The position numbers and the translations under genes were made by a program. Under the pieces are notes generated by a model. It had not been told where the DNA came from and searched no databases. It was given only the letters and a program-made list of their open reading frames with translations. A stretch of 64,000 nucleotides of DNA from Aureliella sp. (GTDB lineage: Bacteria > Planctomycetota > Planctomycetia > Pirellulales > Pirellulaceae): NCBI GenBank assembly GCA_963691875.1, contig OY829846.1, positions 2,368,001 through 2,432,000 of the forward strand, in the 5' to 3' direction. This document shows positions 32,314 through 43,053 of the stretch, in pieces (position 1 is the first letter of the stretch; each line of letters opens with the position of its first letter).

Positions 32314-32732
32314 CGATGTCTATGTACTTCTTTGGGCTTTCAAGACTGCAATGAGCGGCGGACCGATGCTACGAATCTCGCAGCGAGTGCCATGACTTTC
32401 CGACGCGCGTTCCGGCTTGGCGAGCAGCTCGTAGTAAAACGAAGTTGATCTGCCTCAGCTCTCTACGAGTTCAACCAGAGACGGTTTCCTGGGTATTGCG
32501 TTATCATCTTTATCCGTAAATGCTCGATTCCTTTCCGGACTCAGCAGCAGCGGTATTCGTACTCTCCCTCGATTCCGGCCCTCCGAGGACTTCGCGCTAA
32601 CGCATCAGGTTAGGATTCATTCTCAATTTTGCTGCTCACGGCGCAGCTTCGTTGGTCTTGATGCTTCGAATCAACGACAAACCTGAAAGAGCATACTTTT
32701 GCACCGCTAGAAGATCAACCGTTTTCTTCGAT

Positions 32733-33752
32733 TCATAGTTTCTCTAACAGAAATGCGGAGAAAATAATGAACGCCAAGTGGCGATCAGCCTCATTGAGCT
32801 TATCCGCCTCGTAGTCCTTTTTCATTTCCTGGAGCAGATCTGGCAATTCCTGAGCGAGCCTCTCATTTTCGAACAACTTTCCTTGATCAAACCTTTCGCG
32901 ATATTCCGGAAACGCTTTCTCAGGAAACACGACGTAGTTGTTGTCGTCAGGCTTTAGATCAAAGGTATTGCACACTCCGTTGAGTCGCCCCAAAATCTTG
33001 AGGTTGAGAACACCGATATGACCGCGAGAATAGCCTTTGAGCTGCAAGTATTCGCTCAGCTGGGTACGCTTTTCCTTGTCGTAGCCAAATATATTTCGCA
33101 GTTTGTCTGGTCCAGAAGAATTCTTGCTTGCGACAGAAGTTACCGAACTCGATGTCACTTCCGTGCTTTCAGGTTCCGATGCTCTACCTAGCGTGATGGA
33201 GGCATTTGTTCCGGTGCCTGTAGGACTGGATAGTCCACCATCACTGTCTGCCTGAACAGAGGACTCAGGTGCATCCTGGATTGAAGCTACAAGCTGTTCT
33301 TGGGGAGGCAACCAAAACAGAACCGCCGCGACCACGCCGACCAAAGTGGTTAGACAGAGCGCTACGAAGGCAACATATCCAACGACCGTTTTTGCAGAAA
33401 TGGAGTCATCTTCCTCCTCGACAGTTCGCGTTGGCGGGGAATAGGCAGAAGTGGCAGTTCCTTTAGCTGGTAACGTGCTTGAATTTTCCTTCACTGACGG
33501 GAGGTCCTCGAGTCCACTGAGAGCAGAAAATCCGGGACTCTTAAGCGGCTCGAGCGTCATGGCCGACTTTTCCTGTTGCGGATTTTCGCTCATGTCCAGG
33601 ACTTCGAGGGTCCCCATACTGGACGCTGCTTCCGCACTCGGGTTCGGAATCCTGAGCGCCGAGTCACAGTTCGGACACTTCACCGAACGACCAGCGAAGC
33701 GATCAGCAGCGTCAATCTTTTGCCCGCAAGGGCAGACTACTCGAATTGGCAT
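32733..33752 (-). CDS. Hypothetical single-pass membrane protein with N-terminal zinc ribbon
   Basis: MPIRVVCPCG...AGRSVKCPNC, low-complexity linker, hydrophobic segment VVGYVAFVALCLTTLVGVVAAVLFW. Confidence 0.75.
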   Translation of the reverse strand: MPIRVVCPCGQKIDAADRFAGRSVKCPNCDSALRIPNPSAEAASSMGTLEVLDMSENPQQEKSAMTLEPLKSPGFSALSGLEDLPSVKENSSTLPAKGTATSAYSPPTRTVEEEDDSISAKTVVGYVAFVALCLTTLVGVVAAVLFWLPPQEQLVASIQDAPESSVQADSDGGLSSPTGTGTNASITLGRASEPESTEVTSSSVTSVASKNSSGPDKLRNIFGYDKEKRTQLSEYLQLKGYSRGHIGVLNLKILGRLNGVCNTFDLKPDDNNYVVFPEKAFPEYRERFDQGKLFENERLAQELPDLLQEMKKDYEADKLNEADRHLAFIIFSAFLLEKL

Positions 33753-33896
33753 GATTGTGCCCCTAGAAACGCTCTCTCTAAGGCGGAAGGCGAGCCAGAA
33801 TCCGCCCGCCCAAGTTCGATTTCAAGCAGTGCACCCCGCTTGAAATACTCTCCATTGGTAGAAGCTCTTCTGCCTGTCGCCTAACGCTGTAGGTGA

Positions 33897-34658
33897 TCAA
33901 GACTCATATGGCCATTCTGTCTTGGTGAATAACCCGCCGTCAACAAAAATCGTTTGTCCCGTTATGAAGCTGGCTTTCTCGCTGGCTAAGAAAGCAACTG
34001 CGTTTGCGATATCTTGCTCCTGCCCGCAACGAGCCAGCGGAGCCAGATCGCCCCAAGTCTTAGCGTAGTCTGGACTCTCCGCTTGAGTGCGTTCATTCTC
34101 AATCGCACCTGGAGCAACACAGTTTACTCGGACTTTAGGGCCGAGCTCGACCGCCGCCACCTTGGTCAACATTTCAATTCCGCCTTTGCTCGCGCAGTAG
34201 TCTCCCAAGGACGGAAAGGGAACCTGATTGGCACCAGACCCAATATTGACGATGCAGCCACCTGAGTCTTTCATCAATCTCGCCGCTCGTTGAGTACACA
34301 AAAAAGTGCCTTTGAGATTAGTGCGGATCGTGCGATCAAAGTCCGACTCGGAAAGATCCACGAGTGGAGAAAAAGTCTGCACTGCAGCGTTATTGACCAG
34401 AACAGATAGCTGGCCACGCTCCTTAACCTCGGCAAACAGCTCGTCCAGCTCGGCGGCGGAGCCGACATCGGCGTCACAGACCCAGCCATCGCCACCGGCA
34501 TCTTGGACTATTCGCAAAGTTTCCTTCGCTCCAGCTTCATCGCGAAAGTGATCGACGCAGATCGTGAATCCACCTCGTGCAAGCTCTACGGAAATGCAGC
34601 GACCAATCCCACTGCTAGCCCCAGTTACAATTGCGATGTTTTCGCTCAGCGCAGCCAT
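33897..34658 (-). CDS. Short-chain dehydrogenase/reductase
   Basis: TGASSGIG, LVNNA, YCASK, FITGQTIFVDGG. Confidence 0.93.
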   Translation of the reverse strand: MAALSENIAIVTGASSGIGRCISVELARGGFTICVDHFRDEAGAKETLRIVQDAGGDGWVCDADVGSAAELDELFAEVKERGQLSVLVNNAAVQTFSPLVDLSESDFDRTIRTNLKGTFLCTQRAARLMKDSGGCIVNIGSGANQVPFPSLGDYCASKGGIEMLTKVAAVELGPKVRVNCVAPGAIENERTQAESPDYAKTWGDLAPLARCGQEQDIANAVAFLASEKASFITGQTIFVDGGLFTKTEWPYES

Positions 34659-35038
34659 ATAGCCCTCTACTAAAGCTCCTTACGAGTGGTTCCCCCCTGC
34701 CATTAGGCACGACTGGCTCGCTTTTGACAATCGGTCTACTAGAAATCAACTTTTACTAACCGGAGGACAATTGGTAGAACAGCCGTTCAGATGCAAATAC
34801 ACGTGCGAAGCGCCACGTTAGCTACAAGAAACACAATCGACCGATCGGCACACCCCTGCTTGCGCAAAAAACTAAGAAAGCCTGTATTGAAGCTCACCAG
34901 ACCGGGTGTTCGCAAAAAAGCGAAGTTCGTTAACTGATCTGATGTGGCTCATTCGGACGCACATCCGCCTCCCCTTTTAGTTATATTGCGTGTGGTCCCT
35001 TTTCTCCTCCACAGCTCCCACCTGCATCGGGCGATGAA

Positions 35039-36529
35039 ATGAAAAATCTGATTGCCAGCTGCTTCCTATCAGCTTGTTTGTTTAGTTCTTTTGCTTCGAA
35101 TTCAAACACTGCTTTGGCCGACGAAATACGGCCTCCCAATGTGGTCGTGATGTTCATCGACGACATGGGCTACGCGGATATCGGCCCCTTCGGAGCGAAA
35201 GACTACAAGACTCCCTACCTAGACAAAATGGCTCGAGAAGGAAGACGCTTCACTGACTTCCAAGTCACCAGTGCGGTCTGTTCTGCATCGCGATCTGCTT
35301 TGGTGACTGGTTGCTACCACAGAAGAATCGGATTCGCAGGTGCTCTTGGCCCTAGCGCGAAACACGGAATTCACGAAGACGAAGTCACGCTTGGCGAGAT
35401 CTGTAAGCAAAAGGGATACGCCACTGCTTGCTATGGCAAATGGCACTTGGGGCACCATCCGAAATTCCTTCCGACCAATCACGGCTTCGACGAGTACTTT
35501 GGTCTACCTTACTCCAATGACATGTGGCCCTATCATCCAAACGTGCTTCACTTGGATATGAAGGATCGACTGAAACGTTGGCCGCATCTGCCGCTGATCG
35601 AAGGCACAGAGGTTATCAATTCGAAAATGACTGGAGAAGACCAAGAACTCTTAACCAAACAGTACACCGAACGGGCTTGTAGTTTTATCGAACAGCACAA
35701 AGATGAGCCGTTTCTGGTCTACCTACCACACAGTATGGTCCACGTTCCGCTGTACGTCTCCGATGCCTTCAAAGGTAAAAGTGGCGCAGGTTTGTTCGGG
35801 GATGTGGTGATGGAAGTGGACTGGTCGATGGGCCAAATCATGGAAACACTGAAGAAGCATAACCTGGCCGAGAATACCCTCGTTATATTCACGACGGACA
35901 ACGGGCCCTGGCTGAGCTACGGAGATCACGCAGGCTCCGCTGCACCGCTGCGTGAAGGAAAAGGAACGATGTGGGAAGGCGGCTGTCGGGTACCAACCGT
36001 GATGTGGTGGCCTGGCAGAATTCCAGCGAACACAAGCTGCGATGAATTAGCTTCGACAATGGATATCCTGCCAACAGTTGCAAAACTCATCGGTGCCAAT
36101 CTGCCGGACCATAAGATCGACGGCAAGGACATCCGTCCACTTATGTTCGGCGACAAGGGTGCTCAATCACCTCACGAGTACTTCTACCACTACTACGGAG
36201 GCGGACAGTTGCAGGCTGTACGTGATCGTGAGTGGAAGCTGTTCTTCCCTCACAAGTACCGAACTATGGCGGGCAAGCCTGGAGGTACAGGTGGAATTCC
36301 GACCAAGTATTCACAAGGCGAAACGGGTGTCGAACTCTACAACTTGAAGAAAGATGTGAGCGAGACAACGGACTTGGCGGGCAAATATCCCGACATCGTC
36401 AAACGATTGAAAGCTGCTGCCGGGGTAGCTCGTGCGGACCTGGGCGACAAGCTCACCCAACGCAAAGGCTCTGGCGTACGCGAGATTGGGCGAATCGGCC
36501 AGGGCGACAGCTTGCTCGTGACTCAGTAG
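35039..36529 (+). CDS. Secreted formylglycine-dependent sulfatase (S1)
   Basis: Signal peptide; [33 protein letters not shown]. Confidence 0.95.
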   Translation: MKNLIASCFLSACLFSSFASNSNTALADEIRPPNVVVMFIDDMGYADIGPFGAKDYKTPYLDKMAREGRRFTDFQVTSAVCSASRSALVTGCYHRRIGFAGALGPSAKHGIHEDEVTLGEICKQKGYATACYGKWHLGHHPKFLPTNHGFDEYFGLPYSNDMWPYHPNVLHLDMKDRLKRWPHLPLIEGTEVINSKMTGEDQELLTKQYTERACSFIEQHKDEPFLVYLPHSMVHVPLYVSDAFKGKSGAGLFGDVVMEVDWSMGQIMETLKKHNLAENTLVIFTTDNGPWLSYGDHAGSAAPLREGKGTMWEGGCRVPTVMWWPGRIPANTSCDELASTMDILPTVAKLIGANLPDHKIDGKDIRPLMFGDKGAQSPHEYFYHYYGGGQLQAVRDREWKLFFPHKYRTMAGKPGGTGGIPTKYSQGETGVELYNLKKDVSETTDLAGKYPDIVKRLKAAAGVARADLGDKLTQRKGSGVREIGRIGQGDSLLVTQ

Positions 36530-36668
36530 CAAGTCGCAGGTTCGCCGAAAGCTTCGCATGTAAACGCTACGACCGACGCAGCGTTCCGCGACAATTGGGA
36601 AACGACCCGAGATGTTGCATTCGGAACAGGCACACATTGAAACACCCCATCGAAAAGAACTCCTCCTG

Positions 36669-38672
36669 ATGCCTAAACTCCCTATGAATCGCTACCTTTA
36701 CGTAGCCTGCATAGCAGCTGTTTGTAGCCACTTTTCAACCTCAAAGATACTCTGCGCCGACGAAGTCGCCGGTCGAAACCTCGCGGGTTGGAAGAAAGAC
36801 CTTACTAGTGACAACCGTACTGTCCGACTTCGAGCCGCAAAGACGCTTGGGGCATTCGGCACAGAAGCAGTTCCTACGCTGACAGAATTGCTCGGCGACC
36901 AAGACGTAGCGGTACAGTACTGGGCGGCAAGCCACCTTGGTAATTTGGGCGATGCTGCGAAGAGCTCAGTTCACAAACTCAAGGAATTGTTCGACAGTGA
37001 ATCCCAACCAATTCGCATGGCGGTTTCCTACGCTCTTTGTAGTATCGAAGGCGTAGATGAGTGGAGCGGACCGCTATTGGAAGGCATCGAGTCCAAACAA
37101 CGCGAAGTCGGATGTACGGCAGCAGACTTCCTGGCAAGGTTAGGCCCCAAGGCAAAAAGCATTCTGGGCAAAGTAGACGCAAAGCACCAAGAGTATCTAC
37201 CCAACAAGGGCGACTACCACATTCGCGGCTCGCTTGAGAACGCTGTGCGAGATATCAAGAACGACGGATTGCTCGAGAATCACAAACGCCCTAAAGGTGG
37301 AGGAACTCCTCGAGGTAAGAACCCGGGAAAACTGAAAACCGGCCCAGGACCGCGCGGCGCAGATCAAGCGCGACAACGCCCTAACATTCTGTGGATCAGT
37401 TGCGAAGACATTAGTCCGAATCTGGGTTGCTTTGGCGATGAATATGCTTCGACGCCGAATCTTGACCAGTTAGCCAGCCAGGGTGTTCGCTTCACGCAGG
37501 CCTTTACACCGGCTGGAGTCTGTGCTGTGGTGCGAACAGGAATTATCACCGGGATGTATCCGATTTCCTTCGGCGGCCAACACATGCGTTCGGTGATCAA
37601 GTTTCCGGAGAAAGTAAAGCCCTTTCCGGTTTACCTTCGCGAAGCTGGTTACTTTTGCACCAACAAAGCTAAGACTGACTATCAGTCCAATGTGGATATG
37701 GATGCGACATGGGATCGCCATGGCGGTGCGCACAGCGATTGGCGAGAACGCAAACCCGGGCAACCCTTTTTCAGTGTGATCAACTTAACCTGTTCGCACG
37801 AAAGTCAGATTCGGCACGGCGAGAAGACGCATGCTGGTATGCTGGCCAAACTGGCTCCGGAGCAGCGGCACGATCCTGATCTTGCCGCACCATTCCTACC
37901 GCCCATCCACCCGAACACGTCGGAAGCGAGAAAGGACTGGGCTTGGTATGCGGACAACATTTCTGAAATGGACCGTCAAGTTGGCGAGATCCTCCAGCGT
38001 CTCGAAGACGATGGCTTGGCGGACAATACCGTCGTCATCTTCTGGAGCGATCATGGGCGTGGCCTGCCTCGCGGCAAGCGTTGGATTTACGACTCGGGCG
38101 TGCACGTTCCTGTTATCGTCAGGTGGCCGCAAGTGATGGGTCAAGGGCGAGTCAATGATGAGCTGGTTTCGACCGAAGATCTAACAGCGACAACTCTTTC
38201 ATTGGCTGGAGTCAAGCCGAAGGACTACATGCAGGGGCGCGTTTTCCTAGGTGAAGGCAAGCAGCCTGAACCTGAAATGCTGTTTTACCATCGCGACCGC
38301 ATGGATGAGGCTTATGAGCTAATGCGAGCGGCGAGAACACACCGATTCAAATATATTCGCAACTATGAACCGGAGCGAACCTACGCCCAGCACATTGACT
38401 ATATGGATATGATGCCGACGCTGGTTGATCTTCGGCAGATGCATAAAGACGGCAAGCTGAACGCGGTACAAGAACGATTCTTTGCCGAGAGAAAGCCAAT
38501 CGAAGAGCTTTACGATGTCGTTTCCGATCCTCACGAGACTCGTAACTTAGCCGAGCGACCGGAATTCCAGTCTACCCTTACGCATCTGCGCAAATCTCTG
38601 GAAGAATGGCAAGTAGAAGTGGGTGACATGGGTATGATTCCAGAAGCCATCATGATGGAAAGCCTGCGCTGA
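36669..38672 (+). CDS. HEAT-repeat / sulfatase fusion protein
   Basis: N-terminal HEAT-like repeats (VRLRAAKTLG, VQYWAASHLG, IRMAVSYAL), then PNILWISCED, CAVVRTGIITG, WSDHG, EELYD; start uncertain (36612, 36669 or 36684). Confidence 0.88.
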   Translation: MPKLPMNRYLYVACIAAVCSHFSTSKILCADEVAGRNLAGWKKDLTSDNRTVRLRAAKTLGAFGTEAVPTLTELLGDQDVAVQYWAASHLGNLGDAAKSSVHKLKELFDSESQPIRMAVSYALCSIEGVDEWSGPLLEGIESKQREVGCTAADFLARLGPKAKSILGKVDAKHQEYLPNKGDYHIRGSLENAVRDIKNDGLLENHKRPKGGGTPRGKNPGKLKTGPGPRGADQARQRPNILWISCEDISPNLGCFGDEYASTPNLDQLASQGVRFTQAFTPAGVCAVVRTGIITGMYPISFGGQHMRSVIKFPEKVKPFPVYLREAGYFCTNKAKTDYQSNVDMDATWDRHGGAHSDWRERKPGQPFFSVINLTCSHESQIRHGEKTHAGMLAKLAPEQRHDPDLAAPFLPPIHPNTSEARKDWAWYADNISEMDRQVGEILQRLEDDGLADNTVVIFWSDHGRGLPRGKRWIYDSGVHVPVIVRWPQVMGQGRVNDELVSTEDLTATTLSLAGVKPKDYMQGRVFLGEGKQPEPEMLFYHRDRMDEAYELMRAARTHRFKYIRNYEPERTYAQHIDYMDMMPTLVDLRQMHKDGKLNAVQERFFAERKPIEELYDVVSDPHETRNLAERPEFQSTLTHLRKSLEEWQVEVGDMGMIPEAIMMESLR

Positions 38673-38782
38673 ACAAGCCCGCAATCGCACCTACGCGGAG
38701 AGGGATCCGCTGGCTAAAATAGCGAGTCTGAACTCTATGGCGACGACCTCCTTCTGCTCCTACGAATCGACAAGGCCTCAAC

Positions 38783-39931
38783 ATGGCTCGTATTGCAACC
38801 ATCCTAGCGGGTGCACCACTTGCAAATCCCGCTTTTTATCACCGCGTTCGCTTTGGAGTGGGTGATCCAGCGGCATGGCTCAGCATTTCTGAAAACGGAA
38901 GTACTACGACGGAATTCATTGTTCGTGACATCGAGATGGATCGTGCACGCGAACAGGTACCTGTCGACAACGTGACTTGCCCCGCGGACTACATTCCAGC
39001 TGGCGGGCTTTCTGGTGATCGGGCAACCGCAACCGCCCAGGCACTTGCAGAGTGCCTTCGACGGGCGGAAGTCGACGAAGTCATCGCGGATCGAAGCTTG
39101 CCATTCATTTTTGCATGGGAGATTCAACAAGCGGGCTTGAAGTTACAGTACTCGGCCGAACTCGGAGTTCTGGAGCGACGTACGAAGGACGAGGAAGAGG
39201 TGGGTTGGATACAAGAAGCCCAGTCCGTCACCGAAGAAGCGATGTTGATGGCCTGCCAGACAGTTGCGTGTGCTGAAGCGAACGTCGGCGGTATTTTGCA
39301 TCACGATGGTTCGGAGTTGACCAGCGAGCGATTGCGTCAGATGATCAGCCTGTTCTTGCTCGAGCGAGATTATTCCGAGCCGCAAGGTTCTATCGTGGCG
39401 AGCCTTCCGCACTCGGCCGATTGTCACGAGCGTGGAAGCGGACCGCTCAAGACTGGCGAAGCGGTCATCGTGGACATCTTCCCTCAGAATAAGAAAACTT
39501 TTTACTGCGGCGACTGCACGCGAACCGTCGTTCATGGCGAGCCGAGTGAAGAGATTGGCAAGATGCATGCTGCAGTTGTAGCGGCGACGAAAGCTGCTTC
39601 TGCGGTGGCAAAAGCTGGATCCACAGCAGATGAGGTTCACGGCGTGACCAAAGCAACGATCACTGAGCACGGCTACCAGTTCTTGCGCGGTGAAATCTCT
39701 GATAAGCCTGTTATGCCGCATGGAACGGGCCACGGAGTAGGCCTTGAGATTCACGAGCCCATTCTGCTCGACGACAACGGCGGAACACTTTTGGCAGGCG
39801 AAGTACTAACAGTGGAGCCTGGGCTTTACAGTCGCAAATACGGTGGAGTCCGAGTTGAGGACATCATCGTTATCACCGACGAAGCACCTCGGAATTTGAA
39901 CAAGTTGCCCTACGGCTTGAACTGGACTTAA
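38783..39931 (+). CDS. Xaa-Pro aminopeptidase family (M24) protein
   Basis: D..P....Y.GDCTRT, HGTGHGVGLEIHEP, TVEPGLY, GVRVED. Confidence 0.92.
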   Translation: MARIATILAGAPLANPAFYHRVRFGVGDPAAWLSISENGSTTTEFIVRDIEMDRAREQVPVDNVTCPADYIPAGGLSGDRATATAQALAECLRRAEVDEVIADRSLPFIFAWEIQQAGLKLQYSAELGVLERRTKDEEEVGWIQEAQSVTEEAMLMACQTVACAEANVGGILHHDGSELTSERLRQMISLFLLERDYSEPQGSIVASLPHSADCHERGSGPLKTGEAVIVDIFPQNKKTFYCGDCTRTVVHGEPSEEIGKMHAAVVAATKAASAVAKAGSTADEVHGVTKATITEHGYQFLRGEISDKPVMPHGTGHGVGLEIHEPILLDDNGGTLLAGEVLTVEPGLYSRKYGGVRVEDIIVITDEAPRNLNKLPYGLNWT

Positions 39932-39961
39932 CGGAACCTTAACGCAAGACAGGATGGATCC

Positions 39962-41422
39962 TTGAGGCAAAATGCGGCCAAAAGATCGCCACGTATTGCC
40001 ATTGTCGGTGCGGGCTTCTCTGGCATCGGAGCTGCCATTCGCCTGCGTCAAAAGGGCTTTCGCGATGTAACGATCTTCGAGTCCGCGTCGCAAGTTGGCG
40101 GCGTATGGGCCAAGAATCGTTATCCGGGTGCAGCCTGCGATATACCTTCGCACCTCTATTCCTTTTCATTTGCTCCGAAGCCCAATTGGACGCACCGTTA
40201 TGCTCGGCAACCAGAGATCCATGCCTACCTGCAAGACTGCGTGCGGAGATTCAATCTTAGCGATTTGATACGTCTAAACACGGAGGTCCAATCGGCCAAG
40301 TTCGACTTACAAAAACATACTTGGAAGCTAAGCTTCGCCGATCAGAGTCAGGACTTCGACATCTTGATAAGTGCTGTTGGACAGCTCAATCGACCTCGGA
40401 TTCCAGAGATCGAAGGTTTGGATTCATTTAATGGACCGGTGATTCATACTGCCCAGTGGCCAGAGAATTTGAATCTCTCAGGAAAAAGCGTCGCGGTTAT
40501 TGGAACGGGCGCTAGCGCGATTCAAGCGATTCCGCAGATCGCAAAATCAGCCAGCAAGCTAACCGTTTTTCAGCGTTCCCCTACCTGGGTGAAGCCCTTT
40601 TGGGACTATCAATACAGTGCATTCACGAAGGCGATATTTCGTTTCCTGCCCGGTCCCCGCTTGCTCCATCGTTGGTGGACATACGCAATCAGCGAAGCTC
40701 GTATCATCGCTTTCTACCAAGGCAGCGAAGCATCGCGTTACATCGCACGTCAACTGCGAAAACACATTCGATCTCACGCTCCTGAGCCACTGCAAGCCGC
40801 ACTGACTCCAGATTTTGCCGTCGGCTGCAAGCGGATTCCGCTTTCGAACCATTACTATGACACATTTCAACTGCCAAATGTAGAGCTGGTCACTGCTCCT
40901 GTGGATCGAATTAGCTCAGAGGATATCCACGCCGGCGAGGAACAATTCGCCTGCGATGCGGTTATCCTTGCCACAGGTTTTCGTGCGACCGAGTTCATCA
41001 CTCCGATGCAGTTAGTAGGCTCCACCGGTCAATCTCTCGAGGAAGCTTGGGGGCAAAGTGGCACAGCAGCTTATCTAGGCATGCTCTATCCGAACTTCCC
41101 AAATTTCTTCATGCTCTACGGACCGAATACCAACCTGGGGCACAACTCGATTATCTTTATGATCGAATGCCAGCTTCGTTTCTTGTTAAAGTCAATTCGT
41201 CAAATCTGGCAAAAACAAGGTCGTTGTATCGAAGTATCGCCAACAGCCTATGAAGGATTTCAGGAAGAGACGCAGCGCAGAATGCAACCCTTTGTATGGA
41301 ATGGCGACTGTTCCAGCTGGTACAAGGACGCGGCTGGTAATATCGTCAACAATTGGTTCGGCACTTCTGTTGAGTACTGGCGACGAACGCGCCGACTGAG
41401 TCGCGAGGCCTTTCGCCCTTAA
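39962..41422 (+). CDS. Flavin-containing monooxygenase, Baeyer-Villiger type
   Basis: GAGFSG, GGVW..NRYPG..CD, fingerprint FNGPVIHTAQWP, GTGASA, ATGF. Confidence 0.92.
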   Translation: MRQNAAKRSPRIAIVGAGFSGIGAAIRLRQKGFRDVTIFESASQVGGVWAKNRYPGAACDIPSHLYSFSFAPKPNWTHRYARQPEIHAYLQDCVRRFNLSDLIRLNTEVQSAKFDLQKHTWKLSFADQSQDFDILISAVGQLNRPRIPEIEGLDSFNGPVIHTAQWPENLNLSGKSVAVIGTGASAIQAIPQIAKSASKLTVFQRSPTWVKPFWDYQYSAFTKAIFRFLPGPRLLHRWWTYAISEARIIAFYQGSEASRYIARQLRKHIRSHAPEPLQAALTPDFAVGCKRIPLSNHYYDTFQLPNVELVTAPVDRISSEDIHAGEEQFACDAVILATGFRATEFITPMQLVGSTGQSLEEAWGQSGTAAYLGMLYPNFPNFFMLYGPNTNLGHNSIIFMIECQLRFLLKSIRQIWQKQGRCIEVSPTAYEGFQEETQRRMQPFVWNGDCSSWYKDAAGNIVNNWFGTSVEYWRRTRRLSREAFRP

Positions 41423-41655
41423 GCGTTACTCAGCGACTGACGTCTTGGTGGTGCAGCCGACGGGGCGAATTATTGTCTTACCCCAGGGGAATTGGTTCAT
41501 ACTTGGTCCAAAATCAAGAAGCCTTAGCTTCTTTCGGCACGGATGCGCAAGAGCTGCTCGAACCTTCTGGGCAGACTGCCAATTTCTTCTCAGCGCACCT
41601 ACATGTAAAAGCAATCCAGCATCGCATGAGATGAAGTTAAAAACAAAAAAACCGC

Positions 41656-42150
41656 ATGAGGCACTCCGCGCATTCTGTTGTGCGAGGCTGCGCTACCTGC
41701 AATGGCCAACAACTTCAACAATGGAGGAATATTGGCCTCACTAACCTACAACACGCCCTATCCTTTGACGGAAGTTCCAGTGCAATACGCGCCGGGCAAG
41801 GTCTCAGTCGGCAGATCGGCTGGAACATCCAGACTAGAAGTATTTTGCCAAATCCAACTACTGTAGACCTTAGTCGCCTGGCAACAGAAGGGATTCTGAC
41901 CTTAAAAGGCGTTCAAGGTCCCAAACCATTTTTTGATGGACGCCCAATCGTGGGATCCACACACGGCATGGATTGGTTTTCTGCATTGGGAGGGCTGTTT
42001 TCACAGGACAGCCCCAGATGGCATGTCCATGTTAAGTGGTGACGGCAGCTTCACGATTGCTGGAGGTACTGGGCGTTATCGCAATGCATGAGAAACCTTT
42101 AGGACGCCCTTCTGGACGGGGCCGATACCAGCAACCCACAGATTCTACGA
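41656..42150 (+). pseudogene. Possible decayed gene remnant
   Basis: Short overlapping + strand ORFs in different frames; GDGSFTIAGGTGRYRNA interrupted by TGA at 42089. Confidence 0.3.
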
Positions 42151-42419
42151 TCGCCTGGTTCACGCAACAGGGCTTTTGTTAATTTGAGTCCAGTAGTCCC
42201 GCAGACCCGGGAATTCCTGCGAATCCCATTACAGGTCAGCTCAGAACGCCTGTCGAATCCCACTAAAGAACAACGCAGGCCACGCTTCTTGGTCGAACGC
42301 GTGGCAAAACGGTGCGAAAAAGAGGAGCTTTTGCCCAAAATTGCAAAGCGAGTCTGAGAACTGAACCAACGCCTAGGCAAGGTATAGCTCCGCGTAGATG
42401 AAGTATATCCCCCAGAAGT

Positions 42420-43013
42420 TCACCGAGCCTGGAAACTGTCTTCAGGGGCGACGATTTCAAGCAGTTCCACCGCAGGCTCGCCGTCGCAGTAGATCAGAGC
42501 CGTACGTCCGTAAGACTGATTCGAAGCACCAACCGAGAAGTGCTTGACGAGGTCCCTTCCAAAGGTGACTTGCCAAACTGCGTTCAGCTGGACGCGGCGA
42601 AGAACACCATGCTGGATAAGCACGCGGCCAAGCGGCGTCTTCTGTGCCATAATCTCGTCGCGAACAACAGGCTGTAGGGCGGACAGTGCGAGCCGAACGA
42701 TTCCGTACTGAACCACGCGACCATCACTACTTCGCCGAAGCAGAATCTCACGAAGATAATGGGTGTCTGTCGTGCGATTCTGCAGGACCTCAACATTTAC
42801 CGAACACTGGTGACGCCCCTCCACGGTAACTGTCATGTGTGCTTCATGAGCGAGCAGAGACCTGTAAGCATCAGGACAGTCCTCTGCTGCACGGCGCTCG
42901 AACTCACCGAGATCCCCCATCTCTGGGTAAAACAAGGCGACTAGTTCGTCGAGTTCCACAGCAGGAGGAGTTACTTCAGCCAAAACAGGATTCTCAAGTT
43001 GGAGAGTTCGCAA
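42420..43013 (-). CDS. Hypothetical protein, chorismate-lyase (UbiC/DUF98)-like fold
   Basis: LL.H..HMT..VE, YLREILL, VVQYGIVR, I.....PLGRVL, GRT..I...GEP...LLE pattern; start codon uncertain. Confidence 0.6.
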   Translation of the reverse strand: MRTLQLENPVLAEVTPPAVELDELVALFYPEMGDLGEFERRAAEDCPDAYRSLLAHEAHMTVTVEGRHQCSVNVEVLQNRTTDTHYLREILLRRSSDGRVVQYGIVRLALSALQPVVRDEIMAQKTPLGRVLIQHGVLRRVQLNAVWQVTFGRDLVKHFSVGASNQSYGRTALIYCDGEPAVELLEIVAPEDSFQAR

Positions 43014-43053
43014 ACGTTTGAAGTCTGACGACTTCTGCTAACCAGCACTTCGC

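Noticed and set aside
32314..32732. 420-nt gap after the rpoC terminator as a possible ncRNA or gene remnant
   Set aside because: No strong structure, RNA-family signature or convincing reading frame seen
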